Shown here piece after piece: positions 40,398-50,886 of a DNA stretch of 64,000 nucleotides (within the stretch, counting starts at the first letter, position 1; each line of letters opens with the position of its first letter). The position numbers and the translations under genes are program-made. The DNA is from an uncultured Spirochaetota bacterium (GTDB taxonomy: Bacteria > Spirochaetota > Brevinematia > Brevinematales > JAOACQ01), in contig CAWIGG010000006.1 in assembly GCA_963835575.1 (NCBI GenBank), forward strand, positions 160,001-224,000, in the 5' to 3' direction. Below the pieces are notes generated by a model. The model was not told the origin of the DNA. It worked only from the letters and a program-made list of their open reading frames with translations, and ran no database searches.

Positions 40398-41340
40398 TAG
40401 TGACAATATCAAGCGTGAAATCCGGAAAACCATTGTCGGCCAGGACTCGATTATCGACCTGCTCTTGATTACGGTTATCGCGGGCGGGCATGCCCTTCTT
40501 GAAGGTGTGCCCGGTCTTGCCAAGACCCTCCTGATCAATTCCCTTGCCAGGACCCTGGATTTATCCTTTAACAGGATCCAGTTCACTCCCGACCTAGTCC
40601 CATCCGACATCATCGGTACCGAGATCATCGATTTCTCGCAGAAAGGCAGCAAAGATTTTCAGTTTGTTAAAGGCGCTCTTTTTGCCCATATCGTACTGGC
40701 GGATGAGATCAACAGGACGCCGCCGAAAACACAGTCGGCTCTTCTGCAGGCCATGCAGGAAAAACAAGTCACCGTCCTGGGAAAGACATATCCTCTGGAA
40801 CTTCCTTTTTTTGTTTTTGCTACCCAAAACCCGATCGAGTATGAGGGGACATACCCACTGCCGGAAGCCCAGCTGGACCGGTTTCTTCTTCATATTGACA
40901 TCGGTTATCCCGATGAGCGGGAAGAAATGAAAATAATTGATTCAAAACCGTCGAATATTGAAAATATCGTGCCTGTTATTGATAGAAAAGGAATTCTGGG
41001 AATGATGGATAAAGCTGAAAAAATCCCGGTTTCCGATAAAGTCAAAAATTATATTATTACACTGACAAGGAATTCGCGGCCGGATTCGACGGAATTTGAT
41101 TTTATAAAAAAATATGTCGAGTGGGGCGCCGGTCCCAGGGCATCGCAGATGCTTTTAAGGGCTGCAAAAGCCCATGCCTATCTCAATAATAAAAAAATTG
41201 CCGATAAAGAAGATGTGGACTTTGTCCTTATCCCCGGTTTAAAGCACCGGATTATTTTGAGCTATAACACCATGGCGGAAGGCATCAGTGTAAGGACAAT
41301 CCTGGAAGATTTAAAAAAATCGGTAGAGGTAAAAATATGA
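40384..41340 (+). CDS. MoxR-family AAA ATPase
   Basis: LEGVPGLAKT, RIQFTPDL, DEINRTPPKTQSALL, LPEAQLDRF; start uncertain. Confidence 0.92.
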   Translation: MKSIDSDNIKREIRKTIVGQDSIIDLLLITVIAGGHALLEGVPGLAKTLLINSLARTLDLSFNRIQFTPDLVPSDIIGTEIIDFSQKGSKDFQFVKGALFAHIVLADEINRTPPKTQSALLQAMQEKQVTVLGKTYPLELPFFVFATQNPIEYEGTYPLPEAQLDRFLLHIDIGYPDEREEMKIIDSKPSNIENIVPVIDRKGILGMMDKAEKIPVSDKVKNYIITLTRNSRPDSTEFDFIKKYVEWGAGPRASQMLLRAAKAHAYLNNKKIADKEDVDFVLIPGLKHRIILSYNTMAEGISVRTILEDLKKSVEVKI

Positions 41341-42059
41341 AAAAAAGTTTCATCTTCCTTTCTTTACTCTGCTTCTTTTTCTTTTCACTTATCTATTCAA
41401 AGTCGCTCTGGCTGAACGGCTCCATCTACAAAATCCGGATCAAACCGGGCGATATCATTAAAATAAAATTTGACGAAAAAACGATCATGAAGTACAGGCT
41501 TGAGCAGAGGCAGAACGCTTATGAGGCCAAGAAGGGAAAAAAGGGTAAAGGAGACGCTTTCAGTTTCTTCCCCGATCTGGAAGTGAATGAGGACGACAAC
41601 CTCCGCAGCCAGAATAATCTATCAATCAATAATGAAAGCAGTTTCGCGCTCAATGCCAAGGTGCTGACACTGGAAAGCAATCTTGCGTCGCTGGAGGGTT
41701 ATCATTCCACTCTCATCAACGGCGAGGTATTTAAACTGGCGATAAGCGGCGAGTTTGACATTAATTCTCTCGGTTCGGAGTCATCGATATATTCCACTGA
41801 TATTTATAACCTGGACTTCAGGGTGATGAACGAATCGCCCACCAATATGGCGCTTTTTAATCAGAATGACCTCGTTTTTACGACAAACTATTCTGATATT
41901 GTCTCAAATATGGTCGTCGGTTCAAATAATATGACCAATGTGCAGTTGACGACAAATTTGTCTTCCTTCAAGCTGGAATTCACCGGTATCCGGGACAACA
42001 AAAAGAAGGAACTGCTCATGAACTATTTAAACAATATGATCAATCTTTTATTCAGGTGA
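41337..42059 (+). CDS. Secreted protein, distantly FlgH (L-ring)-like
   Basis: Signal peptide then SLW...PGDIIKIKFDEKT, resembling the FlgH N-terminal motif. Confidence 0.45.
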   Translation: MKKSFIFLSLLCFFFFSLIYSKSLWLNGSIYKIRIKPGDIIKIKFDEKTIMKYRLEQRQNAYEAKKGKKGKGDAFSFFPDLEVNEDDNLRSQNNLSINNESSFALNAKVLTLESNLASLEGYHSTLINGEVFKLAISGEFDINSLGSESSIYSTDIYNLDFRVMNESPTNMALFNQNDLVFTTNYSDIVSNMVVGSNNMTNVQLTTNLSSFKLEFTGIRDNKKKELLMNYLNNMINLLFR

Positions 42060-42063
42060 TTTA

Positions 42064-42226
42064 AGACAGTTCCAAAACTTGTGGTGAGTTTACAGACTGT
42101 GTGAAAACTATTTTTCGCCACGTATTTATTGAAGTTACGGAACGAAAAATATAGAATTACGATGTAAAACACCGACTTTTCACACAGTCTGTTATCGAAC
42201 CAACCTAAAAGTTTTTGGAACTGCCC
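42064..42226. mobile_element. Triple-nested element: CAGTTCCAAAA palindrome > GTGGTGAG..TCGAACCA REP > 99-bp IS1182-type MITE (42093-42191, TSD TTA)
   Basis: Inner TIRs CAGACTGTGTGAAAA / TTTTCACACAGTCTG are identical to the ends of the IS at 57743-59443. Confidence 0.85.
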
Positions 42227-42250
42227 CTTGTAACGCTAAGGAAATAACTT

Positions 42251-44122
42251 ATGTTGGAGTCAGTGAATTACCCTCAAGATATAAAAAAGCTTTCCATTCA
42301 GGAATTGAATGTCCTGGCGGACGAAATCCGCAAATTTCTTATCGAAAGCGTTATGAAAACCGGCGGGCATCTTTCGCCGAACCTCGGTGTTGTCGAGCTG
42401 ACGATCGCCCTGCATTATGTTTTTGACGCCCCGCGGGACAATATCATCTGGGATGTCGGCCACCAGTCCTATGTCCATAAGATTTTAACGGGACGGAAAG
42501 GAAGATTCCCTTCCCTCAGGATGAAAAACGGCCTGAAAGGCTACCCAAGTCCCGATGAAAGCCCGTATGACCCGGTGCATACCGGTCATAGCTCGACATC
42601 ACTTTCCATTGCCGCCGGAATAGCGCGCGGAAAAATCCTGAACCGGGAAAAAACAAACACGATCGCCGTTATCGGCGACGGTTCTTTTACGGGAGGGCTC
42701 GCTTATGAGGCCCTCAATACGATTTCCCATGACAACCTTCCGGTCATAGTTATTTTAAATGACAACGGTATGTCCATTTCGCTGAATGTCGGCGGGATCA
42801 CTAAATATTTTAAAAAACTGCAGACATCCCGTTCTTATCTTCACTTTAAGAGAAGCTTCGAGTCGATCCTGATGAACAGGGTCCCTATGATAGGGCGTCC
42901 GCTGGTCAGGCTTTTTTACGGTATAAAGGAGTCCATCAAGTCCATCATCCTGCAGAAAAATTTTTTTGAGGATATGGGCATCAGTTATTACGGCCCATTA
43001 GACGGGCATAATATAAAAAAATTGATCGAGACATTTGAGGAAATAAAAAACATCAATAAATCCATCATCATTCATATTGTGACCATGAAAGGGAAGGGTT
43101 ATAAACCTTCCGAGGATAATCCCGGCCATTATCACGGCATAACCGGCGTTTCCCTGAACGGCGATTCCAGCATACCGATTGAAAAAGAAGGGGAAAGCTA
43201 TTCCAAGGTATTCGGAAAGGCCCTGATGGAATTGGCCGAAAAAGATTCCGACATCTTCGCGGTCACCGCGGCTATGAAAACAGGGACAGGGCTTAAGGAA
43301 TTCGCGGATAAATTTCCGGGACGCTTTACCGATGTCGGCATTGCCGAACAGCATGCCGTCGATTACGCCGTCGGACTTTCACTGAAAGGGAAAAAACCCG
43401 TTGTGGCGATTTATTCGACCTTTCTCCAGCGGAGTTTTGACCAGCTGATCCATGACGCCAGCATCGCGAAGGCGAAAATCCTCTTCTGCCTTGACAGGGC
43501 GGGGCTTGTTCCCGGCGACGGCGAAACCCATCAGGGGATTTTCGATATTTCCTATCTCAGGCTTATACCTTATTTTAAGATCATGATGCCTTCCTGCAAG
43601 ACCGAACTGATTATGATGCTCGCTTATGCCCTCAAAAATCTCAAGTCTCCTGTTGTGATCCGCTACCCTAAAGACGAGGCGCTGGATTACCCGGAATATG
43701 ATCCCGGTTCGTTTCCGGTTGTTGAAGGCGAAGGCGTTATTGTTAAAAAAGGAAAAGACGCCATTATCGTATCAACCGGCACTTTATTAAAAGAGGCTTT
43801 AAAAGCGGAAAAACTTCTCAAAAAAAATAATGTTGAAATTGAAATAATTAACTTGCGTTTTGCCAAGCCGATAAGTTATAATATAACGGAGTATTTATCA
43901 CAGGGCAGAAGACCTGTGCTGATTCTTGAGGAAGGCGTCTGGAATGGGGGCGTGGCAGAGTACCTCACCCTGGAGATTTTACGCCGTAACAATAAAAAGA
44001 TAGTAGACTCAATCACTCTTCCCGAAGAGTTCCCTTCCATTGGGACGAGGAGCGAGCTGTTAAATCAATATCATTTCACAAGCGGAGAAATTTTAAAAAG
44101 AATCAGGAGTATGCGTAAGTAA
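42251..44122 (+). CDS. dxs: 1-deoxy-D-xylulose-5-phosphate synthase
   Basis: GGHLSPNLGVVELT, WDVGHQ, GHSSTS, DVGIAEQH, DGETHQG. Confidence 0.97.
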   Translation: MLESVNYPQDIKKLSIQELNVLADEIRKFLIESVMKTGGHLSPNLGVVELTIALHYVFDAPRDNIIWDVGHQSYVHKILTGRKGRFPSLRMKNGLKGYPSPDESPYDPVHTGHSSTSLSIAAGIARGKILNREKTNTIAVIGDGSFTGGLAYEALNTISHDNLPVIVILNDNGMSISLNVGGITKYFKKLQTSRSYLHFKRSFESILMNRVPMIGRPLVRLFYGIKESIKSIILQKNFFEDMGISYYGPLDGHNIKKLIETFEEIKNINKSIIIHIVTMKGKGYKPSEDNPGHYHGITGVSLNGDSSIPIEKEGESYSKVFGKALMELAEKDSDIFAVTAAMKTGTGLKEFADKFPGRFTDVGIAEQHAVDYAVGLSLKGKKPVVAIYSTFLQRSFDQLIHDASIAKAKILFCLDRAGLVPGDGETHQGIFDISYLRLIPYFKIMMPSCKTELIMMLAYALKNLKSPVVIRYPKDEALDYPEYDPGSFPVVEGEGVIVKKGKDAIIVSTGTLLKEALKAEKLLKKNNVEIEIINLRFAKPISYNITEYLSQGRRPVLILEEGVWNGGVAEYLTLEILRRNNKKIVDSITLPEEFPSIGTRSELLNQYHFTSGEILKRIRSMRK

Positions 44123-44145
44123 ATCTGTTATTTTGCGGGGTACAG

Positions 44146-45309
44146 ATGGCTAAAAGAAAACCAGCCTCTTCAAAGCGCAAACCCGGCCAGCTTCCCGAGA
44201 TTCAAAATATGCCCGATTTAGAGTATCTTTTTGTAAAAAAAGACAGGGCCATCAAAATCATCAAAGAGATGAGCGAATTCCTGAGGATACTGGACCTGAG
44301 GGAAAGCGAAATATTGAAAACCATGATCGTCCGCTTTGCCATCGAGTCCGTCGAAGCATCCCAGGGCTCTCTGATCGTTTATGACGAGGAAAATAAAGTC
44401 CTTAAATATCAAAATACTTATGTTTATGATTCGAATAATAAAATAGTCCTGGATACGAATATATACGAAGGCTACAGTAATCTTCTCGATGTTCATATCA
44501 AGGCAGGCGAGGGTGTCGCGGGGGATGCTTATGTCAAGGGCATACCCATTCTTGTGCCTTCCATTGAAGACAGCCCTTACGGGAACCCGATCATCGGCGA
44601 TATTATGAAAGTACAGGTCGGTTTGGTAATCGCGATGCCGCTCAAGATCAACAATGATGTTTCCGCGGTTTTCGAGATAACCAATTCAAAATCAAAACCG
44701 CCCTTTACAAACGACGACCTGGAAACCATTACTATCATAGCCAACTTCACTTCCACAATTCTTGAAAACGCCAGGCTTTTCCTCTGGGCGATCCATGACA
44801 GCCTGACGGGTCTGTACAACAATCATTACTTTTTTAAAGAGTTGAATGATGAAATCGAGAGAAGCAAACGCTACGGCAGGGTTTTTACACTCGTGATTTT
44901 TGACGTGGATAATTTCAAGCTTGTCAATGATTCGTTCGGCCACAGTTACGGGGATAAAGTCCTTAAGGAACTCGCGGAATCGATCGCGAATACCATCCGG
45001 AAGGATATCGATATCGCGTGCCGTTACGGGGGCGATGAATTTATTCTTCTTCTCCCAAACACAAGCGTGGAAAGCGCTTACAAGGTTTGCGAAAGGCTTT
45101 TGAATTTGATCCGCTCAAAGAAGATCATTTCGGGCGACGGGAAAGAATTCGGTTTTACGCTCAGCATGGGCCTTTGCGAGTTTCCGAGGGATGGAGAGGA
45201 GGTTTATTTTCTCTTTAATCATGCCGACGAAGCGCTTTATTACTCCAAGCGGAACGGCAAAAACAGGATAACTATATACAGCCCGCAGATCAGCGAGAGA
45301 ACGGCATAG
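44146..45309 (+). CDS. GAF-GGDEF diguanylate cyclase
   Basis: GAF region, DSLTGLYN, intact RYGGDEF, ADEALY. Confidence 0.92.
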   Translation: MAKRKPASSKRKPGQLPEIQNMPDLEYLFVKKDRAIKIIKEMSEFLRILDLRESEILKTMIVRFAIESVEASQGSLIVYDEENKVLKYQNTYVYDSNNKIVLDTNIYEGYSNLLDVHIKAGEGVAGDAYVKGIPILVPSIEDSPYGNPIIGDIMKVQVGLVIAMPLKINNDVSAVFEITNSKSKPPFTNDDLETITIIANFTSTILENARLFLWAIHDSLTGLYNNHYFFKELNDEIERSKRYGRVFTLVIFDVDNFKLVNDSFGHSYGDKVLKELAESIANTIRKDIDIACRYGGDEFILLLPNTSVESAYKVCERLLNLIRSKKIISGDGKEFGFTLSMGLCEFPRDGEEVYFLFNHADEALYYSKRNGKNRITIYSPQISERTA

Positions 45310-45314
45310 TCTTC

Positions 45315-45683
45315 TCAGAGCGCTTTTCCTTTCAAAGCCGATTCAATCGCTTTAAGGATCACTTTACTCGAAAGAGTGGCCCCGCTTACCGCGTCAACTT
45401 CAACCGATTGCTCTTCTATAACTTTATTTGTAATGCTCTCCGCTTTTTTGCCCAATCCGTTCCGGCGCTCTAAAATGTCGATCCCGGCAATCCTGTTGTT
45501 TTCAACTTTGACCCTGACATGGGCTTTCACCGGTCCCATTTCATATTCGCCGGTATAACTGCCGTTCCGGATTTTTGTCAGATCCTGATTTTCAACAATG
45601 ATTGTTTTCGGGTTAAAGCAGCCGGATAGAATGACAGCGGCCAATAATGCGGCTGTTGAAAGAAGGTTTGTTTTTCTGCTCAT
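45315..45683 (-). CDS. FMN-binding domain lipoprotein
   Basis: LSGC lipobox, VDAVSGATLSS flavinylation motif. Confidence 0.9.
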   Translation of the reverse strand: MSRKTNLLSTAALLAAVILSGCFNPKTIIVENQDLTKIRNGSYTGEYEMGPVKAHVRVKVENNRIAGIDILERRNGLGKKAESITNKVIEEQSVEVDAVSGATLSSKVILKAIESALKGKAL

Positions 45684-45693
45684 TTGTTTCTCC

Positions 45694-46541
45694 CTACTTT
45701 AAATGGATATTCGTATTATTATATTCCAGGCTGACAAGACGGAATCTGGCGTATACATATTCGCCCCCGTTTGTATTCTGGTGTGTCGCGTCTCCCTCTG
45801 AAGGGATTTTAAAACCGTTCAATTCAATATAATTCCTGAGCGGGGTGGTCCATTTTTCCCTGATAAAACGGCCGTTTTCATCCCTGTACCTGCCGGTTGT
45901 AATCATATTCGTGATTTCACCGGTTTCATCAAAATAAAAAATCCCCGATACGGTATTGCCGCGGTCCATTATAACGGCTTTTGTCGAACCATCGTTTATC
46001 TTTTCCCATTTGACATAACTATTCAGAAAAGCCGTTGGTATGAAAACCATATTGTTCAGAAAGGTCACAAGGGCTGATCTGTCAAGTTCCGGTCCTTTCA
46101 TGTCAAACAGGGTGATGAGAGGCGTCAGTCTGCCGAGCATATTGCCTTTGCCGTCGATATAGCCGTCCCTTCCGGTCATACTGATGAACGGGAAAAAGCC
46201 GGCCGATATATAAAAAATCCGTGACGGGTTTTCAATGCCTGAAACCTGTTCCACATTGACATGCATCCAGGGCTGGTTTTCAGCTCTCTTCAGCTCTCCG
46301 CTGAATTTAACATGAGCAATCCGGATTTTTTCCTTTCCGACAACCCCGGCGAATTTTAAATACCTCCGGACAGGCTCCGGTAGATTTTTCAAATCGGCAT
46401 CTGTTATTATCTCTTTTTTTCTCCGCTGTTTTGTCTGATGAGTTCCTGGATTTCCCGGTCTGCCATTCCTTTTATGGAAGAACAGCCGGCTGCAAGATTT
46501 ATTATGATCAATGAACAGATTATAATTAAAAACTTTCGCAT
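45694..46541 (-). CDS. DUF6544-like lipoprotein, frameshift in a T7 run near 46414-46420
   Basis: DLKNLPEPVRRYL motif; a signal peptide (MRKFLII...AAGC) starts at 46541 in a different frame, after AGGAG. Confidence 0.75.
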
Positions 46542-46631
46542 TATTTTCTCCTTGATTTATAATAAAATTTATTCCGGTTCTTTTATAAAGAATCATAAAC
46601 AACCGGGTTATTAAAAAGCAGTAGAAATTTA

Positions 46632-47252
46632 TTATTCCTGATTCATGAGGCCTTTGAGTAAGACATCAAAATGACGATTAATCAAATTCTCTTTTTGTCC
46701 ATCCGGGATGTTTTTTTCCAGAATAAGACGGGTGATCAGCCCATGCGTCGCGCACCAGATGATCTGGGCAGTCAGTTCCAGGGGAACAGGCCGGAATATG
46801 CCTTTCTGAACGCAGAGATCTAGCACCTGTATCATGACCTCGAATGTTTTTCTTTTTTTAGAGATCCCTTCTTCCAGTACACCGATTTTCTCCCCTGTCC
46901 CTTCAATATCGTTTAAGAGAATCGCCCGGAAGCTGTTCGGCTGGTCCATCTGGAGATTGATGTAATCCTTGAGCGATTCAACCAGCGATTTTTCGGGGTT
47001 AATGAGATCTATTTTCATCCGGCTTTGCGACTGAAGGATTTTTTTATAACCCTCATCCACAATGAAGGAAATGATTTCCGCCTTGTTTTTAAAATAGTGA
47101 TAGATATTTCCTGGGGAGTACTCAATCGTTTGCGCAATTTTACGGATTGAAAGGTTTTCGTACCCTTCCTTCACGATAATTTCGGTTGCCGCATCCAGGA
47201 TTTTCCTTTTAAGTTCCTCTTTTCCCCTTTCTTTTCGTTCATTCGATCCCAT
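46632..47252 (-). CDS. TetR/AcrR family transcriptional regulator
   Basis: ILDAA...LSIRKIA..IEYSPGNIYHYFKNK. Confidence 0.93.
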   Translation of the reverse strand: MGSNERKERGKEELKRKILDAATEIIVKEGYENLSIRKIAQTIEYSPGNIYHYFKNKAEIISFIVDEGYKKILQSQSRMKIDLINPEKSLVESLKDYINLQMDQPNSFRAILLNDIEGTGEKIGVLEEGISKKRKTFEVMIQVLDLCVQKGIFRPVPLELTAQIIWCATHGLITRLILEKNIPDGQKENLINRHFDVLLKGLMNQE

Positions 47253-47269
47253 TATATTCTCCATAAGTA

Positions 47270-47300
47270 TAAACATTGTTTAATAAATAAACATTGTTTA
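47270..47300. promoter_or_regulatory. Tandem palindromic operator TAAACATTGTTTA x2
   Basis: Identical 13-bp palindromes at 47270-47282 and 47288-47300, immediately upstream of the TetR gene. Confidence 0.75.
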
Positions 47301-47527
47301 ATTATATTGTAACATTATTATTCTGATAATTCAAACGATTTAAAAAATGATTTTTAAACTCATTTATGATTTAATCTTCACAATTCAAATTCTTAGTACT
47401 GTCTATAAATTTTTATAGGTAAATTAAATTTTCAGGCTTGAATTTACGGCATTTATTATCTTTTTGACAATTGCTTTTTTTATGATTTTTGTTATCATGT
47501 TAAGAAATATTAATAAAGGTGGTAATA

Positions 47528-49699
47528 ATGAAAAATATTGTATTGAGGATTTCCGGAGTAATTTTGCTCTTTTTGACGGGATGCTGTTTAACCCGTTCGG
47601 ATTACCGGGGAGCGTTCAGCGATGTGAGATCGTTTTCCGAAGACTGCGCGCCGGCAGAAACAGGCGGTTACTGGGGTTTTATGGATAAGGACTGCCGACT
47701 TGCTGTTAATTCGCTTTATCAGGATGTGCGGCCTTTTTCCAATGGAAAAGCGGCTGTAAAAAAGAATAATCTCTGGGGCTATGTTGACAAATGCGGAAAC
47801 GTTGTCATTCAGCTCCTTTATGAAGACGCGGGAAGCTTTAAGGAAGGATTATCTCCTGTCATGATCAGCGGACTTTGGAAATATATTGGTGAAAACGGGT
47901 CAGCTGTTATATCCCCGCGGTTTAAAAAGGCAAAGGATTTTTCAGAAGGATTGGCCGCAGTCAGTACAAATAATCTTTGGGGCTTTATTGATAAAAACGG
48001 TAGTTTTATCATCCAGCCTGTTTTTGATGATGCCGGCAATTTCGGCAGCGGCCTTGCGCCTGTAAAAAATCCGTCCGGCAAATGGGGATATATCGGCCGC
48101 AGCGGCATCAATTATATCATTATGCCGGCTTATGAAGATGCGACAGCCTTTTCAGAAGACCTGGCTGCTGTAAAGACCGGATTAGAGGAATGGCGGTATA
48201 TCAATACCGGAGGTCAGGCTGTTTCTGCAATTACTTATTTAAATGCGCTTCCATATTCTGACGGTCTCGCGGCCGTCAAGATTGATCAGAAATGGGGATT
48301 TATTGATAAGAATGGAACATTAAAAATCAGCAATACCTATGATGAAGCCTCTTCCTTCGGCAGCGGGCTGGCGCTGGTAAAAAAGGACGGGGCTGTTTTT
48401 TATATCGATAAAAGCGGCGAACCTTCAATCTTCCCTCCTATCCTGCCCCGGTTAAACCAGGGAGCTTCCAGGGGCGATCTCCTTGCGGCGGTCAGGCTGG
48501 CCGATTATTCAGAGAATTTAGTCAAAGAAAAAGTGGATGAATTGAAAAACAAATATATAACCAATTATAATAATATCAATCCGCTCAGCAGGTGGCTTTT
48601 TGACCGGACCGAGCAGGAATTGATAATATTCGGACTTTCGGGCGTACCCAGAAAACTGGAGCTCTACAGGCTGATATACCGGACGATCGATGCGAAAAGC
48701 AATTTTATCACCAATTCCGGCCTGCTGATCATGCCAAAGACACGAATGTGTGAAAGGACGCCTTACAGGGCCCCGATCCTGAGCCTTCAGCATGCCACGC
48801 AGTACATGCGGACCAATGCGCCTTCCTATAATATGAATGATCCCCAGGTCCTGGTCGGCATAGTCAACGCGGGTATAGCCGGCTTTATTACTGCAATGCC
48901 CGATTATCCCGGCATGGGCTTTGATAAACATGAACTCCATCCTTATTGTCATGGAAAATCGATCGCTTTTTCCGTCGTGGATATGATCCGGGCCGCGAGG
49001 ATTTTCTGCGCGACAAACAGCGCCCAGGTAAAATGGGACGGCAGGGTGGCGGTGATGGGATATTCCGAGGGAGGCTATTCGACAATGGCCGCTGCCAGAG
49101 AGCTGGAAACCTTTCACAGTATTGAACTGCCGCTGATGATTTCAGAACCTCTTGCCGGTCCTTTTGATATTTCGGGGACCATGAAGAATGTGATGCTGCA
49201 GGACACCCCATTCGGGGCTCCTGATTTTCTGCCCTATGTAGTGCTGGGTTATAGTTCGATCTATGGAGCGTTCAATCCTTCATCAGCCCTTAATGTTCCT
49301 TATGACACAAGTATGCCGCTGGTAATTGACGGGGAACACAGCCTGGCGCAGATCAGCTCGAATATTAATACTAATATACCCAAAGCAATGCTTTCAAGCG
49401 TTTTTATCGGTATGCTGAATAATCCAGGCAGTCCCGTTATGTCCATCCTCCGGGAAAATGATCTCTATAAAGGCTGGATGCCGAAGGCCCCTATGATACT
49501 GATGCACTCTCCCATTGATGAATTAGTCCCCTATTCCAATTCGGTTGTTGCTTATAATGCATTTACCGGCAGCGGCGCGGCAAAAATAAAATTGATAAAT
49601 CTCTATCCAACGTCGCATGAAGTCGGCGGCATCCAGGGCCTTTTAGCTGCCACTGTTATCAACATTTTTCTTCTCAGGGGAGGTGTTTATACCAACTGA
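47528..49699 (+). CDS. Lipoprotein: WG (KWG) repeats fused to a lipase/esterase-like alpha/beta hydrolase
   Basis: LTGC lipobox, ~6 FSEGLAAV..WGFID repeats, PDYPGMG, GYSEGG, DELVP, H. Confidence 0.85.
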   Translation: MKNIVLRISGVILLFLTGCCLTRSDYRGAFSDVRSFSEDCAPAETGGYWGFMDKDCRLAVNSLYQDVRPFSNGKAAVKKNNLWGYVDKCGNVVIQLLYEDAGSFKEGLSPVMISGLWKYIGENGSAVISPRFKKAKDFSEGLAAVSTNNLWGFIDKNGSFIIQPVFDDAGNFGSGLAPVKNPSGKWGYIGRSGINYIIMPAYEDATAFSEDLAAVKTGLEEWRYINTGGQAVSAITYLNALPYSDGLAAVKIDQKWGFIDKNGTLKISNTYDEASSFGSGLALVKKDGAVFYIDKSGEPSIFPPILPRLNQGASRGDLLAAVRLADYSENLVKEKVDELKNKYITNYNNINPLSRWLFDRTEQELIIFGLSGVPRKLELYRLIYRTIDAKSNFITNSGLLIMPKTRMCERTPYRAPILSLQHATQYMRTNAPSYNMNDPQVLVGIVNAGIAGFITAMPDYPGMGFDKHELHPYCHGKSIAFSVVDMIRAARIFCATNSAQVKWDGRVAVMGYSEGGYSTMAAARELETFHSIELPLMISEPLAGPFDISGTMKNVMLQDTPFGAPDFLPYVVLGYSSIYGAFNPSSALNVPYDTSMPLVIDGEHSLAQISSNINTNIPKAMLSSVFIGMLNNPGSPVMSILRENDLYKGWMPKAPMILMHSPIDELVPYSNSVVAYNAFTGSGAAKIKLINLYPTSHEVGGIQGLLAATVINIFLLRGGVYTN

Positions 49700-49833
49700 G
49701 GCTGTTTATTACGGAAATGGTTTTATGCAGTCCGGCGGTTCAGGCCGTTTGAAAATGGCCGGCGCCCGGATCTGTTTTACAAACAGGTCTTCTTAATAAC
49801 TGTTTAAAAGATTATTGCCAAATACAATGCCGA

Positions 49834-50199
49834 TTATTTTACTTTTCCCTTTATAACCGATCCTGCGGCCCAGGTCGATAGGAAAATAAGCGTAAAAGGA
49901 AGCCAAGTTCCGATCAGGCTCCTGAACATATCAAAGCTTTTAACTATCAATAACGCTACAACAAAAAAATCCAAGAATATAACAGTCAGAACAAAAATTA
50001 CAGCCGTTTTAAGTGGATCCGTATAATTAAATATTTTAAAATAAAAGATCGATACCGCGAAAAAGATAACCGGAGCCGCGAAGGCATGGATAACCAGAGC
50101 GGCATTCAAAGGCAGGAGCGCCATTCCGGCGCCCATCACGGCCGCGCAGAGGGCCCAGCCGATGAAGGCATGAATTAAAATAATTATCGCCTTTTTCAT
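49834..50199 (-). CDS. Hypothetical membrane protein (4 TM)
   Basis: Hydrophobic ORF overlapping the stop of the upstream HTH gene. Confidence 0.7.
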   Translation of the reverse strand: MKKAIIILIHAFIGWALCAAVMGAGMALLPLNAALVIHAFAAPVIFFAVSIFYFKIFNYTDPLKTAVIFVLTVIFLDFFVVALLIVKSFDMFRSLIGTWLPFTLIFLSTWAAGSVIKGKVK

Positions 50200-50408
50200 G
50201 CGCGCATTGAGCCTTTCACCTTATTAAAAAGGTCGTTGACCATCTGACTGTTGCCTTCAAAACATGCATTGATCAGATTTTCATTGATTTTTGTTTTTTC
50301 AGCGATCTGGCGCACTGAATTTCTGTCAAAGCCTTTCCGCGCCAATAATTTTAAAGCCGCCTTAAAAATCCTTTCTTCCATTCTCTTGTTTAATTCCCGT
50401 TCAATCAT
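50196..50408 (-). CDS. Short TetR-type HTH protein (no ligand domain)
   Basis: ERIFKAALKLLARKGF...SVRQIA; GGGAGG RBS. Confidence 0.6.
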   Translation of the reverse strand: MIERELNKRMEERIFKAALKLLARKGFDRNSVRQIAEKTKINENLINACFEGNSQMVNDLFNKVKGSMRA

Positions 50409-50600
50409 AAGCCCTCCCCTGCATTAATAGTTAAGCAATAATTATGCCGCCAGTAAGAAGCTTATCGATTCCTTGTTTTATAAGGATTCAAAAAACCCCT
50501 CCCTATAATTTTCGGACTTTTTTTATCAGGAATAATATATCAGGAATGATTATTTGGAAGGAATTACTGAATAATGAAAATATTGGATGAATATTTTTAT

Positions 50601-50699
50601 TAACCACTGGGTACACAGAGGACACAGAGATTTAATAATATGCTGCAAGGTAATGAATTAAATAGTATAAACTCAGTGTTCTCAGTGATCTGTGGTTAA
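50601..50699. repeat. Minimal paired 9-bp-periodic inverted arms (~100 bp)
   Basis: TAACCACTGGGTACACAGAGGACACAGAG / CTCAGTGTTCTCAGTGATCTGTGGTTAA. Confidence 0.75.
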
Positions 50700-50886
50700 A
50701 TCCCGGCTTTTGGGTATTCATTCAAGTTTAATAAAAGTTGTTTTCACAAAGTCTGCAGGTTCACCATCCAGGCTTGCCTAATCCATTCTATGGCTGAACG
50801 GATACAAAACATTATAATCAATTTTAAAATATCCTGATAGTCTTGCCTATCCAGCGGAAATTAATTTTGGACAGGATTATTCTGTT

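Noticed and set aside
49741..49790. Another IS1182-type MITE (CAGGCCGTTTGAAAA...TTTTACAAACAGGTCT)
   Set aside because: The match is weak with no TSD; it may simply be a terminator between convergent genes.
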